This document shows positions 26,455 through 40,503 of a stretch of 64,000 nucleotides of DNA, one piece after another. Numbering within the stretch: position 1 is the first letter of the stretch; each line of letters opens with the position of its first letter. The notes under the pieces are model-generated. The model ran no database searches and was not told the origin of the DNA. It saw only the letters and a program-made list of their open reading frames with translations. The position numbers were made by a program, and so were the translations under genes. This stretch comes from Octopus vulgaris (lineage: Eukaryota). The stretch spans positions 65,906,001 through 65,970,000 of the forward strand of contig OX597819.1 of assembly GCA_951406725.2 (NCBI GenBank), given 5' to 3'.

Positions 26455-28089
26455 ACACGCTTTTGCTGGGATTGAACTTATGATGTCCAAAACTATGGTA
26501 AGATGGACTCAGTTTTTAGAGTAATGTTATAGATGCGTTGTTACTCAAAAAATGTTCTGTGACACACAGACATAATATTAAGGTGGCACGAAATACAAAT
26601 ATATGTATATATATGCGAAATACAAATATATGTATATGTTCTCACACGAACATATGATGAAGCTTTCTTTCTAAGTTGTTCTCTTGTTTTTTATATACAA
26701 CACTAATTTGTGTTTTTTACTTCGAATTGTAAAAGTTCTTTTGTATACGAATGTTTAAGCTGAAGCATGCTAAGAGACACCATATATACACGCACAAATA
26801 CGCATGCACTGTCACACACACATACACAAACGTACACACGCACGCACAAACACACATACACACGCATTCACATTGTGACTAAACATCAATGATGCCACGT
26901 GATACGCGTTTTATCGTCTGATTTGAAAAAGCAATAGTAAAACTTTTATACTGTGTCCGCATATTCACGTTAGCTCAGTACTTCTAATCATTATTAGTGT
27001 GGCACAGATCATTATTATATGATATTTATCAATCATAAACTACGCCGTTTACTTTTCTTTTTTTTTCTATGTTCCTTTGCGCATGATAAGCTACGTGGAT
27101 TCGGTGGACTCGCTTTTATCTTTCTTTTGTCAGGTGTACTTTGAGATATATGCAGTATTTTGTTTCTGACGGTGTTTGAAATGTTTCATATGCTGACATA
27201 GTGGTACAGTGGAACATGAACAGAATCCTATGTTCGGCTGCTTGAGGATATGGCACGAGCGCATGTTTTCAGTATGTATGCGTGTCTATTTCACTAATTG
27301 GATTATCGTTACTCTTCAGCCTCCGGATCAAACCTGATAGGGCAAACCTTCGATTGGGAAAACTTTCGACTAAAGGCATTCCAATAAAAACCAGACAATC
27401 TTTTCGCTTTATGAATACCTGTGTATATGTTATCTAGTATGACTTGCCTTTTTGCTGTGATTTGAAGGAGATTTAGCTTCTATTTCTAGTAGAAGGAATG
27501 GCCATCTACAGGTTACCAAGTTGGCCAGTTACATGCGGAGTTATTTCTCGTCACAAACATCAAACCAAGGTTAAATACCTCATTCTGTGAACATAAGAAG
27601 AATAACTTATTTTGCCAGCGATAAGTGGCTGACGAATTATATTATGGAAATAAAATAGTCCAGTTAAAACAGCAGAACAGTTTTTAGTGCCTCATTTAAA
27701 GATATGCATTGTAGCGTAATCACAAGAGATTAGTTATGTTGTACATTACTAATAGCCTATCCTGTTGGCACTAAGTGGCAGACAAAGTATCTCGTGCAGA
27801 TAAAACTGTATAGTTAAAATGTCAAAATACTTTGTAGTATTTAATTCGAAGAGACATCCTATAGTATATCTAATTTGGTAGGTGATCTTTAGTATGTTCG
27901 TTAATACTATCATTTGTGAAATAGCGGATTCATAGTTCGAATACTACCAGAGGATTTATAATTCTTTTCCATCTTACGTTGAGATTTGTAATGCCGAATA
28001 GTCTAATATCATTTATACTGAAATCTCAATTAAATCAGAACCATTTTCGTTATGTAGATTTGGCAATTACTGAACAAGAAAAATCCTGT

Positions 28090-28580
28090 CTGGAAGGCGA
28101 GATTCTGTCCAAACGTATTAAGCTGAGAATTTTTGATAATATCGATTTTGTCCTGTTACGTGGTAGTGTATCATGGCAATTGATTTAGTATTATATTGCA
28201 GGTGAAGAGATATGCAGCCTATATTTTCAGAAAGCTTCAAGTATTCATGAATAGGTGCTTCAGGAACAACTTAAGCATTAAGCATCCAAAAATTTTCAGC
28301 AAGAATTTCTCTGAACCAAAGCCAAAAGGAACCCGTCTGTCGAGAAATGGTAAAACGAAAATGGAGCTTGATCGATTGCACGTTAAGAAGCTTTGGGAGA
28401 TTTTTAGCAAAGAAATACTTGGACTGTATTCCAGAAAAAAAATGTGAAGCACGATTAAGGATGTGTTAGTAAAAATGAACTCAAGAGGGACTGAAGAAAG
28501 CAAGACCGGAAATGGTATGGAACTCTAAAAAAAAGCACAGACAGAAGTCCTTGGGATATTGATATGGAGGACCAAGGTTC
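28090..28580 (+). mobile_element. RTE-clade LINE 3' fragment
   Basis: KLRIFDN..VLLRGSVSW, RKLQVFMNRCFRNNLSIKHP and KRKW motifs typical of the RTE ORF C-terminus. Confidence 0.8.
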
Positions 28581-29156
28581 CTATAAAAATCCGAATGAGC
28601 ACGGATGATCATGTACGAGGAAAATGATAAAACATGACGTATGACAAATTATTATTTCTAAATATAAATATGCAAACGTAACGCGGAAGAAAATTGCAAA
28701 AATCAAAAAGATTACTCTCTTAAATGTACTGGAAAAAATCGTGAGGGTTTTGTATCATGATCACATCAAAATTCTTAAGAGGAGCATTGTTTCGAAGGCT
28801 CCAAGAACTGGTACCGGAATGAAGAACGCCAAGAAGTGGACAAACTCTTCGACCTTTCCCTTCACATCTGCTCTTCTAGAACCTGAACCTCATCTTAACC
28901 TAGCACCACCATCAGAAAGGAGGAAGATCACAGGCCAGTTGGAGCTGAACCACTTAAGATGGTCTTAAAACTGTTAAAAGAAACTTATAGAGAAAGAGAG
29001 CTGAGTAGCAATGAGAAAATGAAAATATTCCACGATTTCTTGGAAAACAGTGTTTCCAAATATTTAGGTTATATATGAACAAACACCCGGTAAAACACAA
29101 ATATATATCCATCATATTCTGTTAAAATGTCTTATTGGCGAGTTTTAGTTCTTCAT

Positions 29157-29241
29157 TTCCCTGAAGAGAAGATTACATTGTTTTTCACCATTTTATTCCT
29201 TTGGAATAATACCAAGGATATCTTCGAAACATGTGTCGGAA
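29157..29241 (+). ncRNA. Hammerhead ribozyme with intact core and enlarged loop II
   Basis: UUCC-CUGAAGA-GAAGAU(46 nt)AUCUUC-GAAA-CAUGU-GUC-GGAA. Confidence 0.7.
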
Positions 29242-29349
29242 GTAAAAGAATTTGAATAACACCTGCGTTTAACTTCATTTATATGTGTGTGTGTGTGTCT
29301 GTTTATTTGTTCATGTGTATGTGTGTGTAATACATATGTGTGAATATAT

Positions 29350-29555
29350 GCGGTGTGTGTGAGTTTTTGTCCCCACCACTTAACAGCATGTGTTGGTTTG
29401 TTTGCTTTCCCGTAATCTAGTGGTTCGCCGTAAGAAGCCGATGGAATAAGTTCCAGGCTTTAAAAATAAGTCGATTTCTTCGACTAAAACCCTTCAAAGG
29501 GTTACCGCAGTATCACTGCAGTCCAATGAGTGGAACAAGTAAATGATAAAAGATA
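29350..29555 (+). mobile_element. Degenerate 3' half of SINE family A
   Basis: TGTTGGTTTGTTT..CCCGTAA..CCGATGGAATAAG..GAACAAGTAAA. Confidence 0.65.
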
Positions 29556-29643
29556 ATTATATGTACAATCCCCGTCCACTAGGCTAGACATTACAGCTCG
29601 AATTTGACAGGTAGGTTTAATCTATATTGTTTAAAATGTTACG

Positions 29644-29883
29644 CAGGGTGTTCAAAATGTCTCTCCGCAATATGTGTTTTTATTGCCAAATAAATATTTA
29701 TAAGATTATAATAAGATTGCAAAAGAATATATTAGACTTTACAAGGTGTTGAAAATGTGGCCTTCATTTTCAATACATAACTGGACTCTTCTACACATGT
29801 TTTGAAATACATCTTGGAGAGTCTGGCTCTTGGAGAGTCAGGATGAAAAGAATTCACCACGGAGAGACTTTTTGAACACCCTG
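29644..29883. mobile_element. Tc1/mariner-type MITE
   Basis: 24-bp TIRs CAGGGTGTTCAAAATGTCTCTCCG / CGGAGAGACTTTTTGAACACCCTG; TA on the right flank only. Confidence 0.8.
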
Positions 29884-29911
29884 TACTATCGTGACTTCTG
29901 CACCCAATAGG

Positions 29912-30195
29912 CGCAGCCATGGCTGTATGGTAAGAAGCTTGTTTCTCGACCACATGGTTCCGGGTTCAGTCTCACTGCGTGGGAACTTGGACAAGTGTAT
30001 TTTGCTACAGTCTCAGACCGACCATAGCTTTTTGTGCGGATATGTTAGACGGAAACCGAAAGAAGCCCGTCGTATGTGTGTATGTTTGTGTCTGTGTATG
30101 TCTCCACCACTGCTTGACAACCGGTGCTTGTGTTCTTGCGTCCCTGTGACGTAGCGGTTCGACAAAAATTACCGATAGAATAAGTGCCTGGCATG
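29912..30195 (+). mobile_element. SINE family A, 3'-truncated
   Basis: ATGGCTGTATGGTAAGAAGCTTG head, GGTTCAGTC B box, GAAGCCCGTCGTATG. Confidence 0.85.
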
Positions 30196-31445
30196 AAGAG
30201 AAATTTTTGAAGACTGGGCCTCAGTATAGACGTAGTCTGATGTCTGAAACAAGGATTAAAGATTAAAGAGATGAAAACCAATCAATTACATCGATATTAT
30301 TGGCAAAGACAGACAACAAGAAATTGAGGGACCACCAAAGATAAAACGCGACAGATTTCTCTCACAGGCATTGTGAGACGCTTCCTGCTTGCAACCGCTT
30401 CAAGGGGACAGTTGATCTACCTCAGTAACCAGCTCCTATGTTTGACTGACCCCGGAGAAATAGAAATTATGATAATAAAAATGATAATAATTCGGCCCTT
30501 ATACTTCGTCATTCTTGGGGTCGATAAAATAAGCACCAATTTGATGGCGCAATTATATTAAATATTTTGATATATTGTATAAGAAAATCGGAAAAGAAAC
30601 ATATTCCTGAATAAGTCAATTACTTCAGCCAATCGAGATAGTTCTATAGAATTCCTTACATTCCAATATGCCCTCAAAGACATTTCAAATTAACTCGCAA
30701 TAACCTTAAGAACTATTCCAGTCGATATTTTCAAGCCTCTCATTTTGTTGCTATATATTTCGACGTTAACGACTCTAATTATACATACATATATACGCAC
30801 GCACACACAGATGAATATACACTTATACGCAAATCTAATATAAACGGATATACATTGGATTTCCTGCTCTTTCAAACCCAATGGAAAACTGTATCGGAAA
30901 AATTCTTCCAATTTCACTAATTTTATTTCCTTCTTCACCAATCATTGTTCTTCTATGAACTTTACAAGCTATATAGAGGAGATTTTAAGAAGTACAGACA
31001 TACCTTTTCTCTTTGGTGTTCTTCTTTCCTTTAATATATGTTACTCTGTCACTTCAACTCTCAACTCTCGGCCTAATCAATCAAAATACAGAACGTCATC
31101 AATCAATTTTATGGCAGAAATCTCAGCGAAGAAGTTAATTCATATTAGCACTTATAAAACAAACGCACATACGCACACACAACCATATTATGTATATCTC
31201 GTATTATTTATATACACATATGTCTTGTAATTTATATGTAATATAAATTATAAATACATATGTGTATTATATATTAATGTTTGCTTTTAAGTTCAGTTAT
31301 GATTAAAAACAATTTTACTTTAATCTGAAAAATTTACTCTATATTTCTGGAGAGTTCATATTTATTCTTGTTAAATAAGAGTATTATTAACAGTAACTTC
31401 GAAGTTTCGGTCAGCGAGGTTCATCATCGGGAGCCCGATATATAT

Positions 31446-31671
31446 ACTCTTTTACTCTTTTACTTGTTTCAGTCATTAGACTGCGGCCATGCTGGAGCAC
31501 CGCATTTTAGTCGAGCAAATCGACCCCAGGAGTTATTCTTTGTAAACCTAGTACTTATTCTATCGGTCTCCTTTGCCGAGCCGCTACATTACAGGGACGT
31601 AAACACACCAGTATCGGTTGTCAAGCGATGTTGGGGGGACAAACACAGACACACAGAAATATACACACACA

Positions 31672-31708
<37 letters not shown>

Positions 31709-31845
31709 TAAGTAATTAAGGGTTTAGCAATAATTACTTAGTATTACTTAAACCTTCCTTGAATGGGGCTTTTACATGCCGAAATCTACTTGGTAAAATT
31801 GATGATTATTCCAAATTAATTAATTTCATCCTATATTGTTATTTA

Positions 31846-31914
<69 letters not shown>

Positions 31915-32072
31915 GACTGCCTTCTTTCAGTTTCCATCTACCAAATCCACTCACAAGGATTTGATCGCCCCCGAGGCTATAGTAGAAGATACTTGCGCAA
32001 AGTGCCACGCAGTGGGAATGAACCCAGAACCATGTGGCTGGTAAGCAAGCTACTTAACACACAGCCACTCCT
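31446..32072 (-). mobile_element. SINE family A with a ~140-bp insert in its internal (TA)n
   Basis: Tail inverse CTCTTTTACTTGTTTCAGTC, head inverse CACACAGCCACTCC; unrelated segment at 31709-31850. Confidence 0.88.
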
Positions 32073-32086
32073 GAGCGTATATATAT

Positions 32087-32298
32087 TCAAAATGTGACCG
32101 CGTGTGTACAGTTGGCGATTTTTTCCCTCCGTCTTCCTGTCTTTGGATCTTTACTTTTCCTATGTTTCTGACGAAGAGCTCCGCTCGAAGCGTTAAACCC
32201 TTCTTCCCTTCTTTCCTGAGCGTCCAATAACATTATACTTGTTCTACGTCCTCGCGTTGTTGTGTTTTCTCTTTGTGTTTTCATGTTTGGATTAACTA
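32087..32298 (+). mobile_element. Penelope-like terminal remnant with minimal HHR (32164-32198)
   Basis: GTTT-CTGACGA-A-GAGC(TCC)GCTC-GAAGC-GTT-AAAC (GAAA changed to GAAG); flanked by (TA)n. Related inverse motif at ~14630-14665. Confidence 0.6.
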
Positions 32299-32327
32299 TA
32301 TATATATACACACATATATATATATAG

Positions 32328-32368
<41 letters not shown>

Positions 32369-32383
32369 CACATATTTATATAG

Positions 32384-32416
<33 letters not shown>

Positions 32417-32492
32417 CACATATTTATATAGATATATATATATATATTTATATATATATACACATATATTTATATATATATATATACACATA

Positions 32493-32552
<60 letters not shown>

Positions 32553-33191
32553 TCTGTATGTGTATATGTGTGCGTATTCGTTCGCTGCAGATGATTTTGG
32601 TAGTCGCAGTAATGCATTTTCTTATATGTACGTTCAATGCCTCAAATTGATAATCGCTCCTGCTTTCACCAGATTTCGTTTCCCTCCGGTTCTTTACATT
32701 CCACCGTATTCCTATTGCACCCCGCCATACACATACACAACCACCACACTTATTTCATCCTTGCTGCATAAATACTAGTTCCAGGGCATACCATTTTACA
32801 ACCACTCTAAATTTACAAACACCCACCCATCTTACACAACCTTTCATTACCATTGCCCTACCCCCGTTTGCAACCTCATCCACCCATCGCACCATCCGTC
32901 AAACCACCCATCCATCTATCCATTCGATGAAGCATCCTGTTTCATTACGTCTATTCTCCCTTTTCTACCAACCAACAGTCTTCTCGAAACACCACATATA
33001 ACACCCAGCATACACCTAGTACTCCCACCCTTTGTTCATCTCGTTTCATTTTCTCTCCGTTCCTTAAATGTTGCACAGTTGTTAATGCCACACATTCGCA
33101 TACAGCCATGCACACACTCGCGTATTGTCGTACATATATACACAAACATATATACAAACAAGCAAATACACGTGCATACACAAATAGAAAC

Positions 33192-33248
<57 letters not shown>

Positions 33249-33269
33249 CATATACATACGCTCGCAAAT

Positions 33270-33895
33270 ACACATTTTACTTGTTACGCCCAACATTGAC
33301 AGTTTGTAGCTTTACACACACACACACACGCACACACACATGCATATATATACATGCACTCACACAAATTAACAAACATGCATACACGTACGCACGGTCA
33401 CACAAATACATACATATAAACATGCACGGCCAGATACAGGCATACACTCACATGTCATTCTATATGTTCAGTACTGACAGCTCCTTCTTACACACACACA
33501 TGCACACACAGACTCACACACACATACACGTGCTTACGCGCTCATTTTACTCTCTACTTCAACACTGACAGCTTCTTAATGCACATACGCGAACACACAC
33601 ATACACAAAAACATGCACACACACACAGAGAGAGAGAGAGAGACTCACACGCGCACAGATACAATCACTCAATCACACAAACACACATACGCAATCATTT
33701 TATTCTATACTTCAACACTGACAGCTTCCTTAATACACATACGCACACACACATGCACACACACACACACACACACACAAATACATACACACATACATAC
33801 ACACGCACCGTCATACACGTACAATCGCAGAGAAACACGCATACACACACACACATTTTACTCTATGGGCTCGACACTGACAGCTCCCTAGTACA
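33270..33895. repeat. ~35-bp motif repeated five times within (CA)n
   Basis: CATTTTACTCTATACTTCAACACTGACAGCT variants at ~33274, 33456, 33543, 33696 and 33853. Confidence 0.75.
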
Positions 33896-33905
33896 CACAA
33901 TCACA

Positions 33906-33954
<49 letters not shown>

Positions 33955-33957
33955 GCA

Positions 33958-33989
<32 letters not shown>

Positions 33990-34278
33990 CTCAGAGGCAC
34001 ACATTACACAATACATCCACCGGCAGCTGTATGGCTTTTACAGCTACCTACGCACTCATCCGCATATATACGCAAACACACACCTACACACACGCCCACA
34101 TTCACTGCCACATACACATACATATAGACGCACACACGCAAACAGAAACAAGCAGCCTTACATTCCATCACACCGTTTCTACCTCATTGATGCCACCACC
34201 CCCGCTTCCTGAAGAACCCCACCCACCATAATCAATATTTTTATGTATTTATTTCTTCCTTTATCATCGTCGCCGTCG

Positions 34279-34329
<51 letters not shown>

Positions 34330-34565
34330 GCGTCATCATCATCATCATTATTATTATCGATTGTGTTTTCCCCTTCAGCTAGGAATATCGATCAGTCTCC
34401 CCACCTTAATTTTATTCCCCTTTAATCCATATACACTCATCTCTTTCTCTTCAATCTTTCTATTATACACCAACACATAAAGACGCACACATACATACAT
34501 ACATACATACATACATACATACATACACACACATACATACACACATACATACATACATACATACA

Positions 34566-34597
<32 letters not shown>

Positions 34598-35726
34598 CAG
34601 ACACACACACACATACCTAGACACGAGTTTTATCAACTTTCCCCACTCATCCTATACGCCCATCCCCACCCCACTCAAGATCAATCCCTTTTTCGTTCAT
34701 TATCTACTTATCTCTATCAATCTACATATCTATATGTGTGTGTGCATATATATATATATACACGTGTATGTATACACTTATATATATATATATATATATA
34801 TACACACTTATATGAATATATATATATATTTTTTTTTTTTTTACATGTGTACTCACAGCTATGTGTGTGGCTGTGAATCGTTCCATCTATATATTTACAC
34901 ATTTACATAATTTAGTCTCAATTTATCAAACTCTAAATATTCTGTGTGACTAGATTTTAGCTGTCAATATATCTAGCTATCTATTTTGTTGGCAGAGATT
35001 GCGAAGTTCTCCCATTGATGCCTTTTTCAAACAAGCTGAAAGTGTAAACAGGGAAGCATAACTGATACTTCGATGTCGCTGTCAACAACATTGCAACAAA
35101 TGTTTGACTCTCAACACAAGTATTTTGTATTACAATAGTATGCGTTGGTTCTATGTATATAAAGAACATTTGTAAAATTGTAAAATCTAAGAGGAAGGTT
35201 GTAACTAGGATCTGCTTCCAAACCTTTATATACCCAGTTTATAAATTCACATTTATAGTTATAATAATTGATCTACATGGTTTTGTTAGTAAAATGTCTA
35301 AGTGACAATCTTGAAAAGGTAGAGTTTTCAAAAATAGAAATCAACCAGCGATCACGCACGTTATAAATACATTCTGGAGTAAGAAGAACAATAAAGATAT
35401 GTAAGACATTCTTCAAGTATAGAATGTGAACTTGATTTTCATAATTACGTTTCGACGAAGGAGCTTTGTATCTATGTTAGAAACCAGCTATTTCCTTTCA
35501 GGAATATTTCAAATGATTAAAAAATAGAAGAAAACACGCACATACGTTTGTGTGTGTGTGTGTACGTGTGTGTGTTTGCGTGTGTGTCTAAATGCAGTGC
35601 ACTAAAAACGATTTTGCTATTGGTGAATGAGGTTCCAAATGCATGCAAATGTCATGTTGAAATGAATTGAGAGGCGCAAATATTGCAGACAATTCTTTGT
35701 ATATACGTGTGTGAGTGCATATAAAT

Positions 35727-35807
<81 letters not shown>

Positions 35808-36324
35808 TATTTATACATATACATTTGTGACTGTGTATATTTCCAAGCCTGTGTATTTTAATATACTGACACATCTTTTGTAAGTGAAATTAAATTCTTC
35901 ATATCGAAGAATTCTTGCGAGGATGAGAGCTTTATATTATCCCGAATTCCGGTTTACGTAGCACTGAGACCGGAAACAATAAGAGAAAGAGAGAGTAAGA
36001 AAATATTGACAGTGAGAAAGAATAGGGCGTAAGAGGAAGAAACATTCAATTCACCATCTTGAGATGTCAATGTGTAATGTGTAACTCTTTACGAAATGTT
36101 GGCTTAAATAATATTCTGCGAAAAGTGCCATCGCTGTTTTGACAGTGTAGCCATTAAGACTTGATGCAGTGAATTACACAGTCTGTGGTACCACCGTGAA
36201 ATAATGGGACTAGATATATATTCTATAGTAAAATGTAATGGGCATTGGCATATCACAATGCATATAAAAGCTAACACTGTACTTAATAATAGTAATAATA
36301 ACAATAATAATAATAATAATAATT

Positions 36325-36665
36325 TTAATGCCCAGCTGACAACAAAGTATGCGACAAAGAAAAAAGAAAAGGCGATAGATATGACTTGTTAGCTTGGGAG
36401 GTTAAGCAGTTGTGGTCGATGAAAAATGTGGTAGTAGTACCAATAATTGTCGGAGCCCTGGGAACAGTGAGTAAAAATCTTGAGAAGTACGTGGAACAAA
36501 TAGGGGTTGCAATAAGGGTGGAGCACTTGCAGAAAACAGCACTGCTTGGAACCGCTCGAATACTCCGAAACGTACTCCAAAAATAAGACGTGTTACCTTT
36601 GTGCACTGGTAGTGAACAGCTGACACTGTAGTACACCTCCAGCGTTAGCAGATATACAAAGGCAA
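36325..36665 (+). mobile_element. R4/Dong 3' end inserted in (AAT)n
   Basis: LAWEVKQLWSMKNVVVVPIIVGALG...LQKTALLGTARILRNVL followed by a short 3'UTR; (AAT)n on both sides. Confidence 0.88.
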
Positions 36666-36681
36666 TGATAATAATAATGAA

Positions 36682-36745
<64 letters not shown>

Positions 36746-36747
<2 letters not shown>

Positions 36748-36928
36748 TGGAGCTACTGTCAGATTTGAAGTGATGCAGAAGACAGCATTGTTGGGTACAG
36801 CTTGCATTCTAAGGAGAGTATTATCGCTTTGAGTCACAAGAGAAGGCACTACTTGAAAGATTTGGTGATTTGTTACTGCCTGCTTCCAAGTAAAGAATAA
36901 CCAGTAATTAAAAACAATCCGATTGTCT
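36746..36928 (+). mobile_element. Second, distinct R4/Dong 3' end in (AAT)n
   Basis: EVMQKTALLGTACILRRVL followed by a different 3'UTR; (AAT)n on both sides. Confidence 0.8.
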
Positions 36929-36993
<65 letters not shown>

Positions 36994-37002
36994 CATAATA
37001 AT

Positions 37003-37137
37003 AACAGAAAAATATCTTAGGAATGAGAACCCAGTTTCGAAATTTCCCCCAAGACACCTGATGAAGGCTGGAGAGTATATCAGCCGAAACGTTGTTAACA
37101 ACAAAGATGAGGACAAATATGTCAAGTGTAAATAATA
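37003..37137 (+). mobile_element. 3' half of the HHR-carrying SINE (HHR at 37054-37095)
   Basis: Homologous to 19546-19690; intact CTGATGA-A-GGCTG..CAGCC-GAAACGTT. Confidence 0.8.
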
Positions 37138-37224
37138 TAGTGGCATTTTCGTTTAGAACGTAAAGAGCCTTTGGAAATGCCGCTGTATATTTTGTTCGAC
37201 GCGTTAATGATGCAACAATAATTC

Positions 37225-37410
37225 TTTCTAATTTTGGGCTCAAGGCCTAAAGAAGGGGTTTTTTGTTCAATTACATTAATCCCAGTGTTCAACAGATAAT
37301 TATTTTATCAACCTTGAAGCGATGAAAAGTAAAGTCGACCTTGGCGGAATTAGAATTCAGAGCGTAAAGTGCTAGAACGCCGCTAAGCCTTTTATGAGTC
37401 ACGCTAACGG
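37225..37410 (-). mobile_element. Degenerate SINE family B
   Basis: GATGAAAAGTAAAGTCGACCTTGGCGGAATT. Confidence 0.65.
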
Positions 37411-37624
37411 TTCTACTTGCTCGCAGAATACAACAATGTGATATTATTATATACACATATTCTGGCTTTGTTAACAATATTTAAGTAGTTGAGGACACCA
37501 AAATATTTGAGAATCTACCAACGGCAGAAAGACGAAATATGTCAAGCAAAAGAAGCCATCACAAAATGTTCGAGCATGAAACACACGACAGAAAAGTAAC
37601 AATAAAATAATTATGATGGGGGAA

Positions 37625-38000
37625 TCTTATATATAAAGCTGAAGTTATCTGTGTATGGCAGGTTTGGTAGCCTTCAACTATCTCTATCTCCTCCGAGACC
37701 CTGCGGCGCAAGTTGACTAAAATTGAAAGTATGATAGAAGGTTTGCTCTTCATTCCGTAGAAGAATCGGGCTATTTTACGACCAAAAATTATTTACATCA
37801 AAAAGGTGCTTTTTTTTCTATGAAAATCCCTATTTTTTACGATTTTTTGACTCCTGTGTCGCCATTTTTCGGTGTATTTTCACCAGAAAAATTTCACTTA
37901 AAGAGAATAACAAGCTACATAATGCAAAATTTTTACTTTTCAAAAATTCCAATTCTAAAGAGTCGAAACAAACCTGAGCAATGCTGGCCGATACTGCTAG
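37625..38000 (+). mobile_element. Non-autonomous Helitron-like element
   Basis: Starts A|TCTTATATATAAAG, ends GAGCAATGCTGGCCGATACTGCTAG|T: 5' TC, 3' CTAG, inserted between A and T, no TSD. Confidence 0.65.
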
Positions 38001-38004
38001 TTAT

Positions 38005-38215
38005 GCATAAACACGTAAGGAGTATCGTTGGCGAATTTTGGAATGACACTCTGTGCTCACACCGAACAATTAACATGGGTAATTTATTCCATGCTTCAGC
38101 GATTCTGAGAATGAAAAAGTTATTTTGCAAATCATTGGTGCTGCACTGGATCACATGACTTCATTTTTGTACATAATTCCGTGCCCGTGTCTCATGTTTT
38201 CAAATTTGCGCCAAA
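38005..38215 (-). mobile_element. CR1/L2-type LINE 3' fragment
   Basis: NNFFILRIAEAWNKLP matches the FFxxRxxxxWNxLP C-terminal motif. Confidence 0.7.
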
Positions 38216-39141
38216 ACTCTCGTACTGAAATTTTAATGAATTCACAAGAACTGGATTCTTACTGAATCACGTGTATGCAGACACGTGAGTAGAATCTGAA
38301 ACCGAGATGCAAATTCTGAAGTTTTTCATGAAACGATTAAAATTCATAACTGATGCACTCGTTCTGAAATCGACTGCCACATCTGTACTGAAATTGTACC
38401 GATTTATATGTTCTGTTTGCGTACAGAATAATAATTGCGACAAAATGTTCAAAGATATATATCATTTATATTCCCTGTGTGAAAAGATCTAGGAATTGCG
38501 TGACAAGGAACCTAAAAACCTTGTGAAATCTCTAAGTTCATAGATGGCCATCAAAGAAAACTTTCTTCTGAGAGCGAAGAAAAAGTAAAATAAGAGGAAA
38601 TATCAAACGATGTTTATGTATTTATTTATTTGTCCATACCAGATATACTGATTTTAGAAATGATATGAAGGTTATATGAAAATTTTAATAGATTGGCACA
38701 GGGCCACGTGTTGATTTTTTTTTTTGTGTGTGTGTGTTTTTATACGAAGGTGAAAACTGGGACTAAATCTACTAAAAGTTAAGTATTTAAAATGTTACAT
38801 GACAAGAAGTGTGGGCTGGAAAAAAACCATTGACGGCAGAGTCATTCGAACCCGGAATTTTGAAAGCAAATGCTGATGCAAATTTTAATAAGCACAGAGG
38901 TTGTTTTTGTGCTGTTTTTTTTTTACCATATCTACTGCTGCTCGTCCTTCACCGATCGGAGATAAAGTAATAAAAGGAATTTATTATTGCTATACGCAAT
39001 ATTGTAACACATCAAAGGAGATTTAGAAAATATAACTATAAAAAATATGTGTGTGTGTAAGCGTGTGTACGATGTATATATATATATATATATATATAGA
39101 TATATGTATATATATAGATATATGTATATATATAGATATAT

Positions 39142-39179
<38 letters not shown>

Positions 39180-39276
39180 TATAGATATATGTATATATAT
39201 ACATATATATACATATATATACACATATATATATATATATACACATATATATATATACACACATATATATATACAC

Positions 39277-39349
<73 letters not shown>

Positions 39350-39613
39350 CATGTATATATATACCTATATATATGCATGTATATATACGTATGCCCAGTA
39401 TGTCTATACTTATATATGCATATCTACTCACATACAGTTATAGATATACATATAAGTATACGTATATACATCTGTATATATACATACACACGTACATACT
39501 TGAATACAGAGACAGAAGAGCAGACAGACAGGGAGAAAAATAGATAAACAAACAGACAGACAGACAAATAGATAGATAGATAGATAGATAGATAGACAGA
39601 CTGACTGACTGAC

Positions 39614-39684
<71 letters not shown>

Positions 39685-40460
39685 CATACGGACGAACAGA
39701 AAGACAGACAGATAGCTAGATTAATATTCATACACATACACATATATTAACACACGCGTTGGTGTATGTATGTATGTATGTATGTATGTATGTATGTATG
39801 TATGTATGCATTAGTGTGTGTGATTGTGTGATAAGTGTGCGCGTCAGTGTGTATATGACTGTGAATGCATGTGAGTGTAGTTTGAATCGAAAAGAATAGT
39901 ACGACCCCTAGAGACACGCCAAAGAAAAAGAAAATATAAAAATTTTTTTAAATAACGAAAACTTTTGATCAAAGCAAAAAAAAAATAAATAAATAAATTA
40001 TCATAAAAAATGAAGATCAAGAGAAAGAAAAGGGAAAAGAATGGAAGAAATTGGCAAGAAATGAAGGAAAAAATTCTCTTTCTTTGTAGCAGATACCAAA
40101 TAAAGAATGATAAGGAAACAGATTGGTAGATTCATGGAGGCTGCAAGAAACGTATTAACAGTATTGTGGAAAGATGTAGTTCTCAAAGATGATGGGCAGA
40201 TGGAATGGCGGCGGGGAATTGGTAATGTTGAGGATGACAGACAGGGTGATTCCATTGTGCTGTCTTAGGTCTTATAGTCTCTTCTGATTTACCATATAAC
40301 TGTCTGGGATGGAAGAAATGTGAGGTGGTGGTGGTGTGGGGGTTGTATGTGTATGTAACGAGGTTTATATATGGGTATTTTCTCCGAATGAAAGTGTATT
40401 TCGTATTTCTGTAAATAACATATATATATATATATATGTATGTATGTATGCATGCATACA

Positions 40461-40503
<43 letters not shown>

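Noticed and set aside
33270-33895. CRISPR-like repeat-spacer appearance (also 1690-2015)
   Set aside because: Repeats are diverged, spacers are variable-length microsatellites, the context is eukaryotic and there are no cas genes.
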